Below, piece by piece: positions 36,670 through 48,719 of a DNA stretch of 64,000 nucleotides. Location of the stretch: assembly GCF_006345805.1 (NCBI RefSeq), contig NC_043002.1, positions 75,268,001 through 75,332,000 of the forward strand, written 5' to 3'. Numbering within the stretch: position 1 is the first letter of the stretch; each line of letters opens with the position of its first letter. Position numbers and translations under genes: made by a program. Below the pieces are notes generated by a model. The model worked only from the letters and a program-made list of their open reading frames with translations. It had not been told where the DNA came from and ran no database searches. The DNA comes from Octopus sinensis. Taxonomy: Eukaryota.

Positions 36670-37025
36670 AAACATGGCTGTGTGCTTAAGAAATTTTCTC
36701 CATAATTGCATGGTTTTGAGTGCAGTCCTATAACATGGTGTCTTGGGTAAGTGTCTTCTATAGCCTTAGGCTGACCAATGCCTTGTGAATGAATTTGGTG
36801 AATGGAAACTGTGTGGAAGTTGTGTGTGTGTATTTCTCTTCATTGCTTGACAGCTTGTATAGGCTCGTTTGCACCCCTATAACTTAGCAGTTCAACAAAA
36901 ACTGAATGATAGAATACATACTAAACTTAAAATAAGAACTAGAGTCGATTTGATCAACTGAACTTTTCAGGGTGATTGATGATACTCCAGCATGGCCAGA
37001 AGCCAATGACTGAAACAAGTAAAAG
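36670..37025 (+). mobile_element. SINE family A
   Basis: CATGGCTGTGTGCTTAAG head, GTCTTGGGTAAGTGTCTTCTATAGCC core, tail CTCCAGCATGGCCAGAAGCCAATGACTGAAACAAGTAAAAG. Confidence 0.85.
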
Positions 37026-37247
37026 AAGAGTTTATTCATTTGACAAAGGTTAATAATAAATTTGCGGCAACATATTCAAATTATCTGATTAATATATTTG
37101 TTTCTGTAATCTCCAAGTTACTGTTTTTCTCCTTTTACTTGTTCCAGTCATCCAGTGTCTCCTGCCTTTGGAATTGAGGGAGGTTTGGTTGCAATTTTTA
37201 CGAGGCTCTTCAATGCTTTTGTGTGAAAGAGAATGTGCCATCATCAC

Positions 37248-37994
37248 TCAGTCAAGTACTGAGGTTGATATAATCAAGTGATCCCCCCTCCCTCTAAAAT
37301 TGCTGGCCTTGTACCAGAATTGGAAAGAATTAATGTTGTTGTTATTACATCAGACAAGGCACTTAGTGATATTCCTTTTAGCTCTTTATATTCAAATTTC
37401 ACCAAGGTTGACTTTGCCTTTCATCCTTTTGGAGTTGATAAAATAAGTACCAATAAAATAAGTGCCAGTCAAGTACTGGGGAGTTAATGTAGTTGACTTC
37501 CCCCTTCCGGCAAAATCTGCTGGCCTTGTGCCAAAATTTGAGGCTTTTATTACATCAGACGAAGCACTTAGTGACATTTCTTCTGATCCTTTACATTCTG
37601 AGTTCAAATTCTGCTAAGATCAACTTTACCTGTCATCCTTTCGGGGCCAATAGAATAAGTACCAGTCAAACTCTGGAGGGGTTGATATAATCAGCTAACC
37701 CTCTCTCAAAATTACAGGTCCTGTGCTTAAAGTAGACAGGATTCTTCTTCTCCTTCTCCTCATTATTATTATTATTATTAGGTGGTGAGCTGGCAGAATG
37801 GTTGGCATGCTGGGTAAAATGCTTAGCACCATTTCAGTCATTTGTATGTTTGTGTTCAAATTCTACTAGGCTAACTTTGCCTTTCACCCTTTCAGGGGTT
37901 GATGAAATAAGTACCAGTTACATACTGGGATCGATGCAATTGACCAGCCCCCTGCCCCAAAATTTCAGATCTTGTGCCTATAGTAGAAAGGATT

Positions 37995-37995
<1 letters not shown>
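37248..37995 (+). mobile_element. Head-to-tail cluster of ~3.5 SINE family B units
   Basis: Repeated TTCAAATT...ACTTTGCCTTTCA.CCTTT.GG...AATAAGTACCAG...GGCCTTGTGCC blocks at ~37248-37330, 37344-37545, 37549-37745 and 37780-37995. Confidence 0.85.
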
Positions 37996-38026
<31 letters not shown>

Positions 38027-38762
38027 TATTTGCTGAAGAGTGTGTTGTAGTTTTTAGCTGTTTGTGAAATTGATATGTTTGTTGGTGGCATTGCTTGTCT
38101 TTTATTCTAAACATGCAGTCTCCTGGCAGAACTGATTATAGTGCACTGGTCAACTAATGCTTCTGACCCTTATTGAGGGTTAGTTTTCTAGTTTTCACTT
38201 TTAATGCGCATAGCTAAAATGGAGTTCTTCTGAAGGATCTCTATAGTAATGTTACTTGACAGGGTGCAAAGCTTGGAGATCAGGGAGTCCAAACACAGGT
38301 CGTAGCTCTGAGTCTATGGATATGTGATGAAAATATCACAGGGAAGAATTGCAAGATGGATTCTTCAAGGTGAATCAACTGGCAGGAAATTTAGGGTTAG
38401 ATCAAGAATGAAATGCTTGGATAATAGTCATAGTCTCAGTTGGTCATGCCTGGGAATCCAACTGAAAAGCGATGGGTGCTTCTGATAGGACTCTTTGGAG
38501 GAGTTGCCTTAGGACTTTATCTATGACTCTTCCAGGAATAAAAGGTGGTAAAGATGGGTGGATTGGTACTCTTTTAAAAAGCAAAATATTTATTTTAATA
38601 TGATGTTGCTTAATCAGGCGAAGAGTCAAGCATGAGCAAAAGAATAGTAGAAAGGCGGAAGCACAAAGTAAGCCGCTCTCTTTTAGTTAAACAACAGGGA
38701 TGTGTGATAGTTTATTGACAGGTTTGGTTTTTACTGACTGTATTAACTAATAAGGGGGAAAA

Positions 38763-40090
38763 ATGTTTGACTTTACCATTCATTCTTTTGGGGTGATTCA
38801 ATAAGAATCTGTAAAGTACAAGGGAATGATTTCTTCAACTATGTATTTACCTTATGTATTTAGGATCTTGAACAATTTTCACATGTTTCTACCTTGTGGT
38901 TTTTGTATAGCTCTTCAGCTTTGATTCAATCCTTTGTTGTTGTTTAGTTCTGGGGCAAACTCTGATAGAGCAAATCTATGATGAAATAATATTTTATTAT
39001 ATCTTGTTATCCAGTGGTCCTTCTTAAACATTATCTAACAGTTCTAGAGACAATTGGTTACTCCACCATTACCTTGCCATTAGGAATTAAATGTTTTTTT
39101 TTCTTTTGCTTTTTGTTAATTTCTCTCGTGAGCTAACTGATTCTAGGGAATCAACTTGTTTCAAAAAACACAAACAAATTGACTTTGAATTGTCTCTCTT
39201 GCTTTGTTTGTTTTAGTTAAGCCCATCCTTGTATAGATATTTTTTTTGTCTTTACTGACTTGAAGAATTTTAGTTGAAGGAATCAATCCTAATACATTTT
39301 TTAAAGCCTGGTGCTTATTCTGTCAGTTTCTTTTATTGAACTGCTACATTACAGGGATTTAAATACCCTAACAGTGGTTCTCAAGCAGTGGTGACACACA
39401 CATGCGCGCAGTGGGCTTCTTTCAGTTTACATCTTGGAAATCACAAGGCTTTGGTTGGCCTGAGGCTCTAGCAGAAGACACTTGCCTGAGGCTATAGCAG
39501 GAGACAGTTGTTCAAGACATCACACAGTGGGACTGAAGCTAGAACTATGTAGTTGAGGAAACAAACTTCTTGCACTTCACTACTTTGTTTATTTTAATTA
39601 AAAGTGTAACAAATTACTGTCTACTATAGCTAGGTTTGATCTCTCGACTTTGTAATAACTAATACAGTTTTGTTACCATAGGTTTTGTTTGTGAAAATAA
39701 AATATTGAAATATTGTCTGTATTCATTAGAATTCATATAAACTAGCAGCTTCATTTCTAATTTATTATTCTGTAACATTTAGAAGTCATAAATGTCTTGC
39801 CTTTTATTTTTTATGAACACAGTGGAAAAACAGAATTTAATTTTATTTTTGTACAGTTGGTATGAGTTTTAATTCTACTGTTTGACTTTGCTGTTCATTC
39901 TTTTAGTGTTGATACATTTTGAACCTGTAAAGTACAGTGAATGGTTTTTATTTTTCAACTATTTCTTTGTCCTACAAATTTATGACCTTATCTCAATTTC
40001 ACATGTTTCTACCTTTTGGTTTTATTATCCTCTTCAGCTTTGATTCAATTTTTTGTTATTGTTTAGTTCCCGGGGCAAGCTCTGTTACAA
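38763..40090. repeat. Old local duplication of ~210 bp (38763-38975 vs 39879-40090)
   Basis: Colinear blocks TGTTTGACTTT, TTCATTCTTTT, CTGTAAAGTACA, TTCAACTAT, TTTCACATGTTTCTACCTT, CTCTTCAGCTTTGATTCAAT, TGTTTAGTTC. Confidence 0.85.
39290..39555 (-). mobile_element. SINE family A, partial
   Basis: AAAGCCTGGTGCTTATTCT, GGGCTTCTTTCAGTTT, GCAGAAGACACTTGCC (short internal duplication), CAGTGGGACTGAA. Confidence 0.75.
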
Positions 40091-40250
40091 TAGAATGTAT
40101 CATCTAAGGCTATTCAGGCTATGACTTTCATGTCATACTTTCAAACATTTTGTATCTAGGATGACATTATATAGTTTGTCCTTCCATTTTAAAGATGGTA
40201 GAGTGTGATTTGAAACCGTTTGGCTTCTTTTTATAGCTTTGACCAATCCC
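40060..40250 (-). mobile_element. Repeat family E
   Basis: TTGTTTAGTTCCCGGGGC...TATCTAGGATGACATTAT...TTTTAAAGATGGTAGAGTGTGATTTGA. Confidence 0.6.
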
Positions 40251-40509
40251 TGTGTGAGTGGAATTTAGTGAATAGAAACTACTGATTCCTGTTAGAGGGG
40301 AACTTTAAGCACAGTACTTATTGTTAGAGTAGTTTTAATCAAGCTCATTCTTTTAGACCAGGTCTCTTGTCTGAACATAATTGTTTTCTTCCCACTAGTG
40401 TTTGAGACTGTAAAAAAGGGTCATGTGTTTGCTTGTCCACTGCTGACCTATTGGTTGGAAGGGAGAGTGAATCAACCATGTAAAGGCACCTTAATCATTA
40501 CACTGCTCA

Positions 40510-40710
40510 AATGTGGTTGAGCTGGGAGAATTGTTAATGCACTCGACATGCATCAGTTCTCCTGGCTCTCTACCTTCTGAGTTCAAATTCCACCAAGGTC
40601 AACACTGCCTTTCATCCTTTCATAGATTGTCAGTTGAGCACTAGGCTTGATGTAATCAGCTTCTCCCTCAAAATTACTGATCTTGTGCCAAAATTAGAAG
40701 GTATTATTAC
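40510..40710 (+). mobile_element. SINE family B
   Basis: GAGCTGGGAGAATTGTTAATGC head, CTGAGTTCAAATTCCACCAAGGTCAACACTGCCTTTCATCCTTT core, GATCTTGTGCCAAAATTAGAAGG tail. Confidence 0.8.
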
Positions 40711-42199
40711 ACTACTCGGTCTTAGTAATTTTAATTATACAGTTCCGTTAGAGGAGAAACAAGAGAGAGAGAGAGGAGGGAGGGATGGTGAAAAAATTTA
40801 AGTTGCTATTTTTCCTATGTTATTTGTATTTTTGGATCTATGTATAATACCATTCAGTTAACAAAGGGGTTTAAATAAGCCTTCTTTGAGTTGAAGACGA
40901 AATGTAAAAGCAGCAGCATTTTCCATAATTCATGACAATGCTCTTCTTTCTCCAGCTAAATGCCCTGCAGATTGCATAATAATTTCATTGGAAATATGTC
41001 CACTTGGCTTCATGTGCATGAAATCTTGAATTGTCTTTCAGACAGGTACTCATGTGAAAGAATTACAAGCACTGGCACACACACACACACACACACACAC
41101 GCACGCACACTTGTGTGTATGTGCCTGCACATATATGCTTGTGCTTGTATATATATCTTTCAATAGATTGACAGATAGATGTTACGTAAATGCATACATG
41201 AAATATGCATGATTGTGCATATATGGCTGTGGTATATAGCTTCTCTTTCTCTCTCTGTCTCTCTCTGTCTCTCTCTCTCTGTTTGGATTGTATATTTTCC
41301 TCTTCATTTTATTCTTGTAGTTGATTAAAAATTAGGAGTCAATTTTCTGAATGACTTGGAGATATCAAATTGGAGAAATAGTTATAATTTTGTCATTAAA
41401 TCATGCTAATATGTTTTCCTAAGGCAGTGTAAATAAACTGCATGGAGAAAGAAGAAGGACAAGAAAAAGAAGGAGAAGAGAGCAGAGGAAGATAGTGGGA
41501 GAGTAAAAAGGAGAAAAACACCAAACAAAAAAACGTTTTTTTTCATGTTGCACTGCCTTCAAGAAGCTGCATAAAAATCAATATTCATGAATTATATAAA
41601 CTGTACACATTCCATGACACCTTCCCCTCTTCCCTTCCGTCTCCTATACTCTGCCATTACATATTCACTGCCCCCATCCTCTTCTTCCTCTCTGAGGGGA
41701 AATTAAATGAATGCAAATCATATTTCAGTCAGTATTTAGTTGCAGTGCATAGTGAAGCATCTTACCGTTTCCTCCCAATAATATTGTCCACCCTATTTTC
41801 ACAGGTAGTCGCATAATGGAACAGTTGGTGTTCTTTATCTCCTGTTTAGTCCCTCTCTGTACACACCCATAGCATTCTGGCTGCAGATACCATGCTCAGG
41901 AGCTACCCACAAGTTAAGTAAAAAACACACTTTGCCCCAGTCAGGTCATGAGTCAATTTTCAGTTTAGTTATTCCCATTGCATTGTTTTGTCATTAGAAT
42001 ACTTGAATCTTTTTCCCATTTTCCTTAGTTTTCAGTTATTTTTTAATGACCCATGCTCTGATCCGTCCAGTACAGAATTAAATATTAGTCTAACTTGCCA
42101 TTCAAGTGTCTCATAGAGCATGGTGTTCTTGATGGCAGCAATCTCCTTTTCCGAGATATGGGTGCTGCTGCCCCTCAAGGAACTCACTTGGCTTTAATA

Positions 42200-42525
42200 A
42201 ATTTATCGAGTGCAAGTGCCACTTAAAAGCATCCCAGTGCAGGTGCTACTTAAAAAGCATCCAGTCCACACTGTAAAGTGGTTGGCATTTGGAAGGGCAT
42301 CCAGCTGTAAAAACCTTACCAAAACTGACCTTGCCTATCTTTATGTCATGTAAAAAACTCTATGTCCACTCTGTTGAGTGGTTGGTGTTGGGAAGGGTAT
42401 CCAGCTGTAAAATTCCTGGCAAAACAGTCACAGAAGTCTGGTGCAGGCTTCTGCCTGGCTGGCTCTTGTCAAACCATCTCACCCATGCCAGCATAGAAAG
42501 TGGACATTAAACGATGATGATGATA
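42200..42525 (+). mobile_element. Repeat family C with an internal duplicated GTGGTTGG...GGAAGGG.ATCCAGCTGTAAAA block
   Basis: Block seen at ~42277-42313 and ~42378-42412; ends GTCAAACCATCTCACCCATGCCAGCATAGAAAGTGGACATTAAACGATGATGATGA. Confidence 0.85.
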
Positions 42526-43544
42526 ATCCTGCTGGCTGTGCACACAACCCTCATCACTGGGGAAGTACAGTATAGTGCTAGTCTAGTCACTGACTTCTCA
42601 ACCATAAGCAGTTAGTACTCGATTACATGATTACCAGTTGCAGGTTTCTATCTGCCTATGAAGGAAATTGTCCTCACTTGACACACCAGATTCTTTACAA
42701 GATGCTTTTGGAGCTTGAGATGTAGAATGGTATTTACGGCGTGTTCCAAACAATTTGATATTCCTCTTGTTGCAGCAAATGCTTTCAGTTATTTCTGTTC
42801 TTTTTTACTATACTTTCCGGTATCCAAGTCTACTTAGTATATAGTCTAAACATGTTGTGTAAACATTCAAACATTGTTGCTATTTTTTCAAATCCTGCTG
42901 CATTTCATATGGAATTTTTGGTCCTCCAAAGTTGTTTAGGTGCATAAATAGACCCACCTGTTTTTTGGGTCTTCTTGGCTGTAAATATTTGACTTGTATC
43001 CTAAAAAAAATGTGGTAATTGAATTTGAGGCTCAGTATTTTTCAGTTTCATTCTGTATGCTCAGTTTGTTGTAGCAATCAGTATAATGATACTCAAAATA
43101 TCTTAGACTTATTTATGAATAGTAGTACAGCCTAAAATGGAAATTAATTTTACAGCTATTTTGTTAAGTCTGTGTATCTGTGTGTTAGTCTGGCTCAAAT
43201 TCAGTTGAAGAGCCCAGTGAATTTAGAATTATGTTTCATTTTGTGTAGTTGTTTGAACCCAGATAAGATCTGATTGAATAAATCTCTGATCAGAGGTGTT
43301 CTAGTCATGTTTGTATATCAGGGACTTAAACATTGTAAGGTTACGAATAGAGCCATCTGTTCTTAAGCCAGTAAGGTGTGAGTTCAAGAATATTTGGCTG
43401 GTATGTTTTAGCAAGTTGAGTGACCACACACAATGTCTCCTTTGTCTTACTTCATTGGGTCCTAAGTCAGCCCCAATGAAGCAGTTATATGATCAAGACT
43501 GCAACTGATGGGGAATACTAGACAACATGACTTAGCTTTTATAT

Positions 43545-43920
43545 ACTCTTTACTTTTTTCAGTCATTTGACTGTGGCCATGCTGGAGCACTGCCTTTAGT
43601 TGAGCAAATCGACCCTGGAACTTATTCTTTGTAAGCCTAGTACTTATTCTAGCAGTCTCTTTTGCTGAACCCCTAAGTTATGGGGACATAAACACACCAG
43701 CATTGGTTGTCAAGTGATGTTGTGGGGGGGGGGGGACACACACACACATACATATATATGACAGGCTTCTTTCAGTTTCTGTCTACCAAATCCACTCATG
43801 AGGGTTTGGTCGGCTCGAGGCTATAGTAGAAGACATTTTGCCCAAGGTGCCACACAGTGAAACTGAACCCGGAATCATGTGGTTTGTAAGCAAGCTACTT
43901 ACCACACAGCCACTCCTACA
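43545..43920 (-). mobile_element. SINE family A, near full length
   Basis: TTCAGTCATTTGACTGTGGCCATGCTGGAGCAC ... GTAAGCAAGCTACTTACCACACAGCCACTCCT. Confidence 0.9.
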
Positions 43921-43939
43921 TGAACAAGGCATAATGATT

Positions 43940-44140
43940 TGTTCTACTATAGGTACAAGACCTGAAATTTGGGAGGAAGGGATTAGTCAATTACATTGAC
44001 TCCAGTACTTAACTGGTTCTTACTTTATTGATCCGAAAAGAACAAACGGTACATTTGAACTCAGAATGCAAAAATGGACTGAATGTCACTAAACATTTTG
44101 TTTGGCATGCTACCGATTCTGCCAGCTCACTGCCTTTAGG
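43940..44140 (-). mobile_element. SINE family B
   Basis: CTATAGGTACAAGACCTGAAATTTGGGAGG...ATTTGAACTCAGAATG...GATTCTGCCAGCTCACTGCC. Confidence 0.8.
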
Positions 44141-46974
44141 CAGGGATTAATAATAAAAAGAAACATGGGTAAGAGAAAGAAGAGGAAAGAGAAATAGATG
44201 GAAGGAAAAGTTTGAAGTTAGAGGAAAGCTGATGGATGAGGTTGAGAATATTGAACTGAGAGGAGATGGAGGAGTAGAAGGGAAAACATTAATTTAAACC
44301 TGTCAGTAATATAGTTTCTAGTTTTAAAATGAATATAACACTTTGGACAGCAAATATTCACCTCAGCAATTTGGTTAACTGTTTCCGTTCACTATTTTTG
44401 ACTAAATTACATCTATCACTACCGACTTGACAATTGCCAAACTAATTTTGTGCACCCTCTGTATCTATCTTTTAAAGCTGCAGCTATTTCTCTTATTTCT
44501 TATTCTCTACACAGAATTTTAAAGCAATTTGGTGGTTGTTTTATTGTCCATATTTATTTATTTCCATTTTTTCGAAATTTTAATTTTTCTTTTCCCATAT
44601 TTACAAGTTCCATACATGACAAAATCTTATTAAAACTAACAAGATTTCAACATTTTGGGGAAAATTTTTCATTTTGTATTCAGTAAAAATAATGCATTTG
44701 TGCTCAAGTTGTAAATTAAACCCAGAAAGTAATTGGTTCGATATTACTTCCAAATTGTAACCATCTCTCCCATATATCTTTAATAATTTTCATGTGCACC
44801 CCCCACACCTTACTACCTCTTTCTCTTTCAATTTCAATATTATATGAAGAAATTTGAAACTATATTTCATACTATCTACCATTAAATAATTTGATTTTAT
44901 ACACATAAACATTTTGTATGTGTGTGTTTGCATGTGTGTGTGTGTGTGTATGTATATATATATATATGTTAGTGGATACAGATATTTAGGTAGATATTCA
45001 TGGGTTGTGTATCTATATGTATGTGTTTGTGGATATAAATGTTTATATTTCAATGTGCAGGTGTGTATGTGTGTGTGCAGTATTGTATGTAATATTTTGA
45101 ATGATAGAACCAATTTGAAATTAGTGTGTTTTAGTAGTTAATAGTTTCTTATATTATTTAATATGTATGCCCTGAATATGAATCTCACACCAATATACCA
45201 CTTATGTTGTAGAAGTTTTGTATAGTTCTTTGGGGCTTTATTTGTCAGTGTTATTTTACCGAGCCAGCCCTGATCTAGTCCTTACCCACAATGTTCTATT
45301 CAGTTTTTTTTTCCTTGACCCCTATTTACACACTAAATTGGTTCTGTGATTTAGCATTCAAATTGATATTGTTTAAGTTGAAGGATTAGATTTATTAATA
45401 AAAAGCACCACCAAATTTTAAACAATTACTTATTGAAGGGGAGATAATATATATATTTACATGCATGCTTATCATGTGTGTGTGTATGCATGTGTATATA
45501 TGTGTGCATGCATGTATGCACCCATTTATCTATTTACCTACCCATCCATCCATCCATGGTGATACAAACAAGAAAATAGGACTCAAAATGTGTGTGTCTG
45601 TGTGTATACACATATATATATATATATATATATACGTATATTATTATTATTATTAATAATTGACAGAAGGTAAAGAGTTAATCAGAGGCTGAGAGTTTCA
45701 TGTATTGGCACTTATTGATAAGTACCGACAGATAATGAAACTCTCACTTCGCTTAGTCACTCTATAACTTCTTCCAATTAAGTGTGTGTGTGTGAGTACT
45801 TTAGTGATTAGGTTTTATCTTCCATTCACTTCTGCCACCACCCTAAAAAGGTAAAGGAAAAAACTCCAGGTTTTTCTATTGTTTCCATTCTGTTACTATA
45901 CTTGCATGATGTGTGTTTTGAAATTATTGCTGATCCAGTAATTATATTGGCTCTGATTCCCATTACCCACCTTTTTTTTAATTTTTTTTATTTGGTGCTT
46001 CCATCATTTCCATGAAATATTCTGTAACTGTTGCTTTGCTCATATTAAACTATTTTAGAGCAGTTTCTGTCAAACATTTTCCATATTAAAGTTGATTTAA
46101 TGTATTAATTTCATTTGCAGAGAAATTGACTTTCTTGACATTTGAAACTATATTATTCCATCTTGGAAATATTAAAAATAAATACATACGATAATTGTAA
46201 TTTATGTCTTAGTTTCATAGTTTAGAGTGTGGCAACCTACCACATCATTGAAGGAAATGAAATGAAAATAAAATATAAGGAAAATGAAAAACTTAAACTG
46301 AAATGACAGCGTGGAGTTTCTGCATGCATAAAGTTAAAAAACGAAAATGAACAAAACATACAGACTTTGATTGTGGAAACTATTAGATAACTGTATGTCT
46401 CTGTGAAGTACATCACCTAATATGTCATTTCTGACCTCTTGCCTGTCCAAAGCATTTTCATAATTTTGTCCCAAACAACCATGCTTGCTTTCAGAATTTT
46501 AGTTTGTTTTTGTTTCATAAGTTCTGTATAATATAACACTTTTCTTCTTTAAATCCCATTTTATGCTGGGTTGTTGGAAAAAATTGGTATTGTGTGTCAT
46601 ATATGAATCATAGATGACAGAGAAATATGTTTTGTGTATTATATGCGATACACAGGACAGGCAAAAGGTTAAGATGGTAGGATGTAATATGAGGTAGAGT
46701 TGGCTGTTCTTTTTATCAAATTGAGTGGCTGTACATACTCATGCCTAAATAAACAGTACAACCAATAATTTTTTTCCTTACTTAAGATTCTTTTATTAAC
46801 TCAAGTAATCCATGACTCCATATTTGTGGTTAAATGGTCACTAATGAAACAGGCCATTTGCTGGACTTGCCCTGTGATAAGTATTTGTGCTGTGTGTGTG
46901 TGAGTAAATTGTGGGGGAACATTCAGCTGAATTAAAAATTTCCTAAAAAATTGCAAATAACAATAATAAAAATT

Positions 46975-47140
46975 TCTACTAAAGGCACAAGACCTGAGAT
47001 TTTGAAGGAGGGGATAGTCAATTACATCGACCCCAGTGTTTCACAACTACTTAATTTACCAACCCCAAAAGGCAAAGGTGACCTTGGCAAAATACCACCA
47101 AGCATTTTGCACAGTGTGCTAATGATTCTGCTAGCTTGCT
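46975..47140 (-). mobile_element. SINE family B, internally deleted
   Basis: CTACTAAAGGCACAAGACCTGAGATTTTG...ACATCGACCCCAGTG...AGGCAAAGGTGACCTTGGC...GATTCTGCTAGCT. Confidence 0.75.
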
Positions 47141-47299
47141 GTCTTAATACTACTAATAATAATAATTTCTTTTATTTGCTGTAGAGGCATCTAATGAGGA
47201 GGATACTACAAGGACAGTTTACAACTTGTGAGTGGGTTTACATAAAAAGGTAAAAGAGAGGAGAAAGAGAGATGTGATAAAAAGTATACATAATTTACG

Positions 47300-47605
47300 G
47301 AATTTGTGAACATGTGGATGAAGGAGTCTTCCTGAGACAGGAGAGCTTCCAACTAGGGCCAATCAAGAAACCTCACAGACTCAGGATCACCCTGACTAGC
47401 AAGGGCAAGAGCCCTCACCTAACTGTTCTCCAATCTATCCTAACCATTTCTGCCACAGTCAACTACATTTTGATAAATTTGCTGGGACGAACACTTCCCC
47501 CTCCACTTTCACTTTTTTCCAAATGGAACTGGATAAAATCTATAAAGGCTTGACTGAAGTTGAAGGTGTCTGTCCTCAACTCTTTGAGCCCTCTATGCAA
47601 CCTTT
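47300..47605 (-). mobile_element. L1/Tx1-like LINE ORF2 3'-end relic
   Basis: Minus strand with frameshifts reads GLKELRTDTFNFSQAFIDFIQFHLEK/KVKVEGEV...SKFIKM*LTVAEMVR. This resembles the C-terminal segment I recall from mollusc Tx1/L1-type ORF2 proteins. Recognition is from memory only. Confidence 0.45.
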
Positions 47606-47774
47606 TTTTTGCTCTAACCACCAGACTGAGGAATATTGCCTGCCTTGTTAAATGTGGGCAGTGGAGTGATTCTCACAATAGACTTAGCCAATAAACATAC
47701 GTTGTGTACTATTCTCAGCCCATGAGACACAAGCTTAAATGATTCAGTAAAATTATCAGAATTCTGTCAAATTA

Positions 47775-48100
47775 TTAGAACAGCATGGCTTAGTAGTTAG
47801 GCTATTCAGTTCATGATTGAAAGATCATGAGTTCAATTCTTGGTGGTACATTGTGTACTTGATTAAGATGCTTTATTTCACACTGCTCCAGTCCACTCAG
47901 CTGGCAAAAATGAGTTTACCTGCATTCAAAGGGCCAGCTGTATCATATTCTGTGTCATGTTGAATCTCATAGAGAACTACATTAAGGGTATGTGTATTTG
48001 TGGAGTGCTCAACCACTTGTACATTAGTTTCATGAGCAAGCTGTTCCATTGATCAGATCAACGGGAGACCCTCATTGTTGTAACTAATGCAGTGCCAGTC
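47775..48100 (+). mobile_element. SINE family D, near full length
   Basis: GCATGGCTTAGTAGTTAGG...GAGTTCAATTC head, CTTTATTTCACACTGCTCCAGTCCACTCAGCTGG core, GAGAACTACATTAAGGGT...GTGGAGTGCTCAACCAC body. Confidence 0.8.
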
Positions 48101-48719
48101 TTTTTATTTTTTTCCACCAGAACAGTGAAGTAGCTCTTGAGCATGATATAAATTGCAAGAGGAACTCTACTGTATTATAATAATATAACTTTCTACAGAG
48201 CTAAGCAACACTTCACTAAACACTGAATTAACTGTCTAGCATCGTTAGTATGCCTCCTATCCAGAGAAACCTGATTTATTGGATCAGGAAACTTTTTCAT
48301 TTACTGTTGCCAGCTGGTCTTTTAGTTCAAGAAAAAGGTTCACTGCTATCTTTCTCAAGGTATGTCAGCTAGCTTGTATAACTTGTCTCTCTCTCTCTTC
48401 CTGACATTTTAATTACTTTTAGACCATCTAAAAATTATGTAAGCTTAAGTGGTTTGTAGGACAGTACGGGGTCAGTTAGTGTATAATAAGGTTCGCAAGA
48501 TTTTCTGGTGGGAAATATCATAAGAAGGAAAGTTTTCTGTGTTGAAGGACATTGTTGTTTTGTGAAATAACAATGGTATATGAAATGGTACACATACATC
48601 CATATATATATGGATACACACATTAAAGCGTACACACATGCCTACATATACACAGGTGACAAGCACTGCTACACACACATACATTGAAGGCCCTGGGACA
48701 AATTTTAACCTAAAGGTAA

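Noticed and set aside
38140-38630. Possible Penelope or other retroelement RT relic
   Set aside because: It looks like decayed coding DNA, but no diagnostic motif (e.g. YxDD) could be read in any frame.
41766-41902. Minus-strand exon with good acceptor and GTAAGA donor
   Set aside because: All three frames contain stops; it could only be UTR or a decayed repeat.
44430-44465. Tc1-like TIR (reverse complement TACAGAGGGTGCACAAAATTAG)
   Set aside because: No partner TIR or transposase remnant was found nearby.
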